35,636 nucleotides of DNA, taken from a bacterium (GTDB lineage: Bacteria > Zhuqueibacterota > Zhuqueibacteria > Oceanimicrobiales > Oceanimicrobiaceae). Location of the stretch: positions 1 through 35,636 of the forward strand of contig JBBIIG010000039.1 in NCBI GenBank assembly GCA_037446635.1, given 5' to 3'. Under the pieces are notes generated by a model. That model had not been told where the DNA came from. It was given only the letters and a program-made list of their open reading frames with translations, and made no database searches. A program made the position numbers and the translations under genes. Positions 35,215 through 35,636 of the stretch are shown piece by piece. Position 1 is the first letter of the stretch, and each line of letters begins with the position of its first letter.

Positions 35215-35636
35215 ATGATGAATCGCTCAAAGTTTTATTTAGGTCTTCTGTTGCTGTTTGGCTTTATTGCAAGCCGCCCTTTGCTTGCCGGCTCTTTTTA
35301 TTCTTCTCAAGGAATTGGTTTGTCTTACTATTTTGTGAGCGGCCGCAGCGTAGGGATGGCAGGTGTTGGCCTCGCTCTGGCCGATCCCATGACCGTTAAC
35401 TACCTCAACCCCGCGGCGCTCGCGACGATTCCGCTGACCACGCTTTCCGGAAATTTTGTTCACGAGGCCACCGACTTGAAAAGCGCCACTCAGGACGCCT
35501 ATTTTTCCGATACCAATGTCTCGGGTTTTCAATTTGTGGTTCCCCTCAAACGCGATCGCTTCGTCATGGCGATTGGCGCGGTTCCGTACAGCGCCATCGA
35601 ATACAGTTTTAGCGGGCGGGATTCGCTGGGCGCGAA
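35215..35636 (+). CDS. Outer-membrane beta-barrel protein, FadL/PorV-like family (candidate BamG-like), 3'-truncated; not in ORF track
   Basis: Open frame from ATG 35215 to the window end: signal peptide MMNRSKFYLGLLLLFGFIASRPLLA, then GSFYSSQGIG, GRSVGMAGVGLAL, NYLNPAAL (FadL-type NPA), FQFVVPL, AIGAVPYSAIEY. Confidence 0.8.
   Translation, partial: MMNRSKFYLGLLLLFGFIASRPLLAGSFYSSQGIGLSYYFVSGRSVGMAGVGLALADPMTVNYLNPAALATIPLTTLSGNFVHEATDLKSATQDAYFSDTNVSGFQFVVPLKRDRFVMAIGAVPYSAIEYSFSGRDSLGA

Noticed and set aside
35239..35532. 97-aa minus-strand ORF
   Set aside because: It is antisense to the better supported + strand barrel gene starting at 35215.

Overview
A core bacterial translation/transcription super-cluster, with every supported gene on the + strand. 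It opens with tRNA-Thr(TGT, 5'-truncated), Tyr, Gly and Thr(GGT), then rpmG, tRNA-Trp, secE-nusG-rplKAJL-rpoBC and rpsL-rpsG-fusA-tuf. The S10, spc and alpha ribosomal protein blocks follow, including secY, map, infA, rpmJ, rpoA and rplQ (1-30731). A 298-bp spacer carries a terminator-like hairpin, a degenerate REP-like repeat and a candidate extended -10 promoter. It is followed by a tightly packed unit: hutU, hutI, a 410-aa lipoprotein and the 5' part of a FadL-like outer-membrane beta-barrel gene that the ORF track missed. RNA polymerase insertions and gene order point to the FCB superphylum. Regular Shine-Dalgarno use suggests a lineage outside the core Bacteroidia (for example KSB1/Calditrichota-like; this is inference). 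The best lead is the last gene pair: by motif recognition only, it resembles the BamH-like lipoprotein and BamG-like barrel of the Bacteroidota-type BAM complex, here adjacent and apparently co-transcribed with histidine-catabolism genes. No database searches were run.
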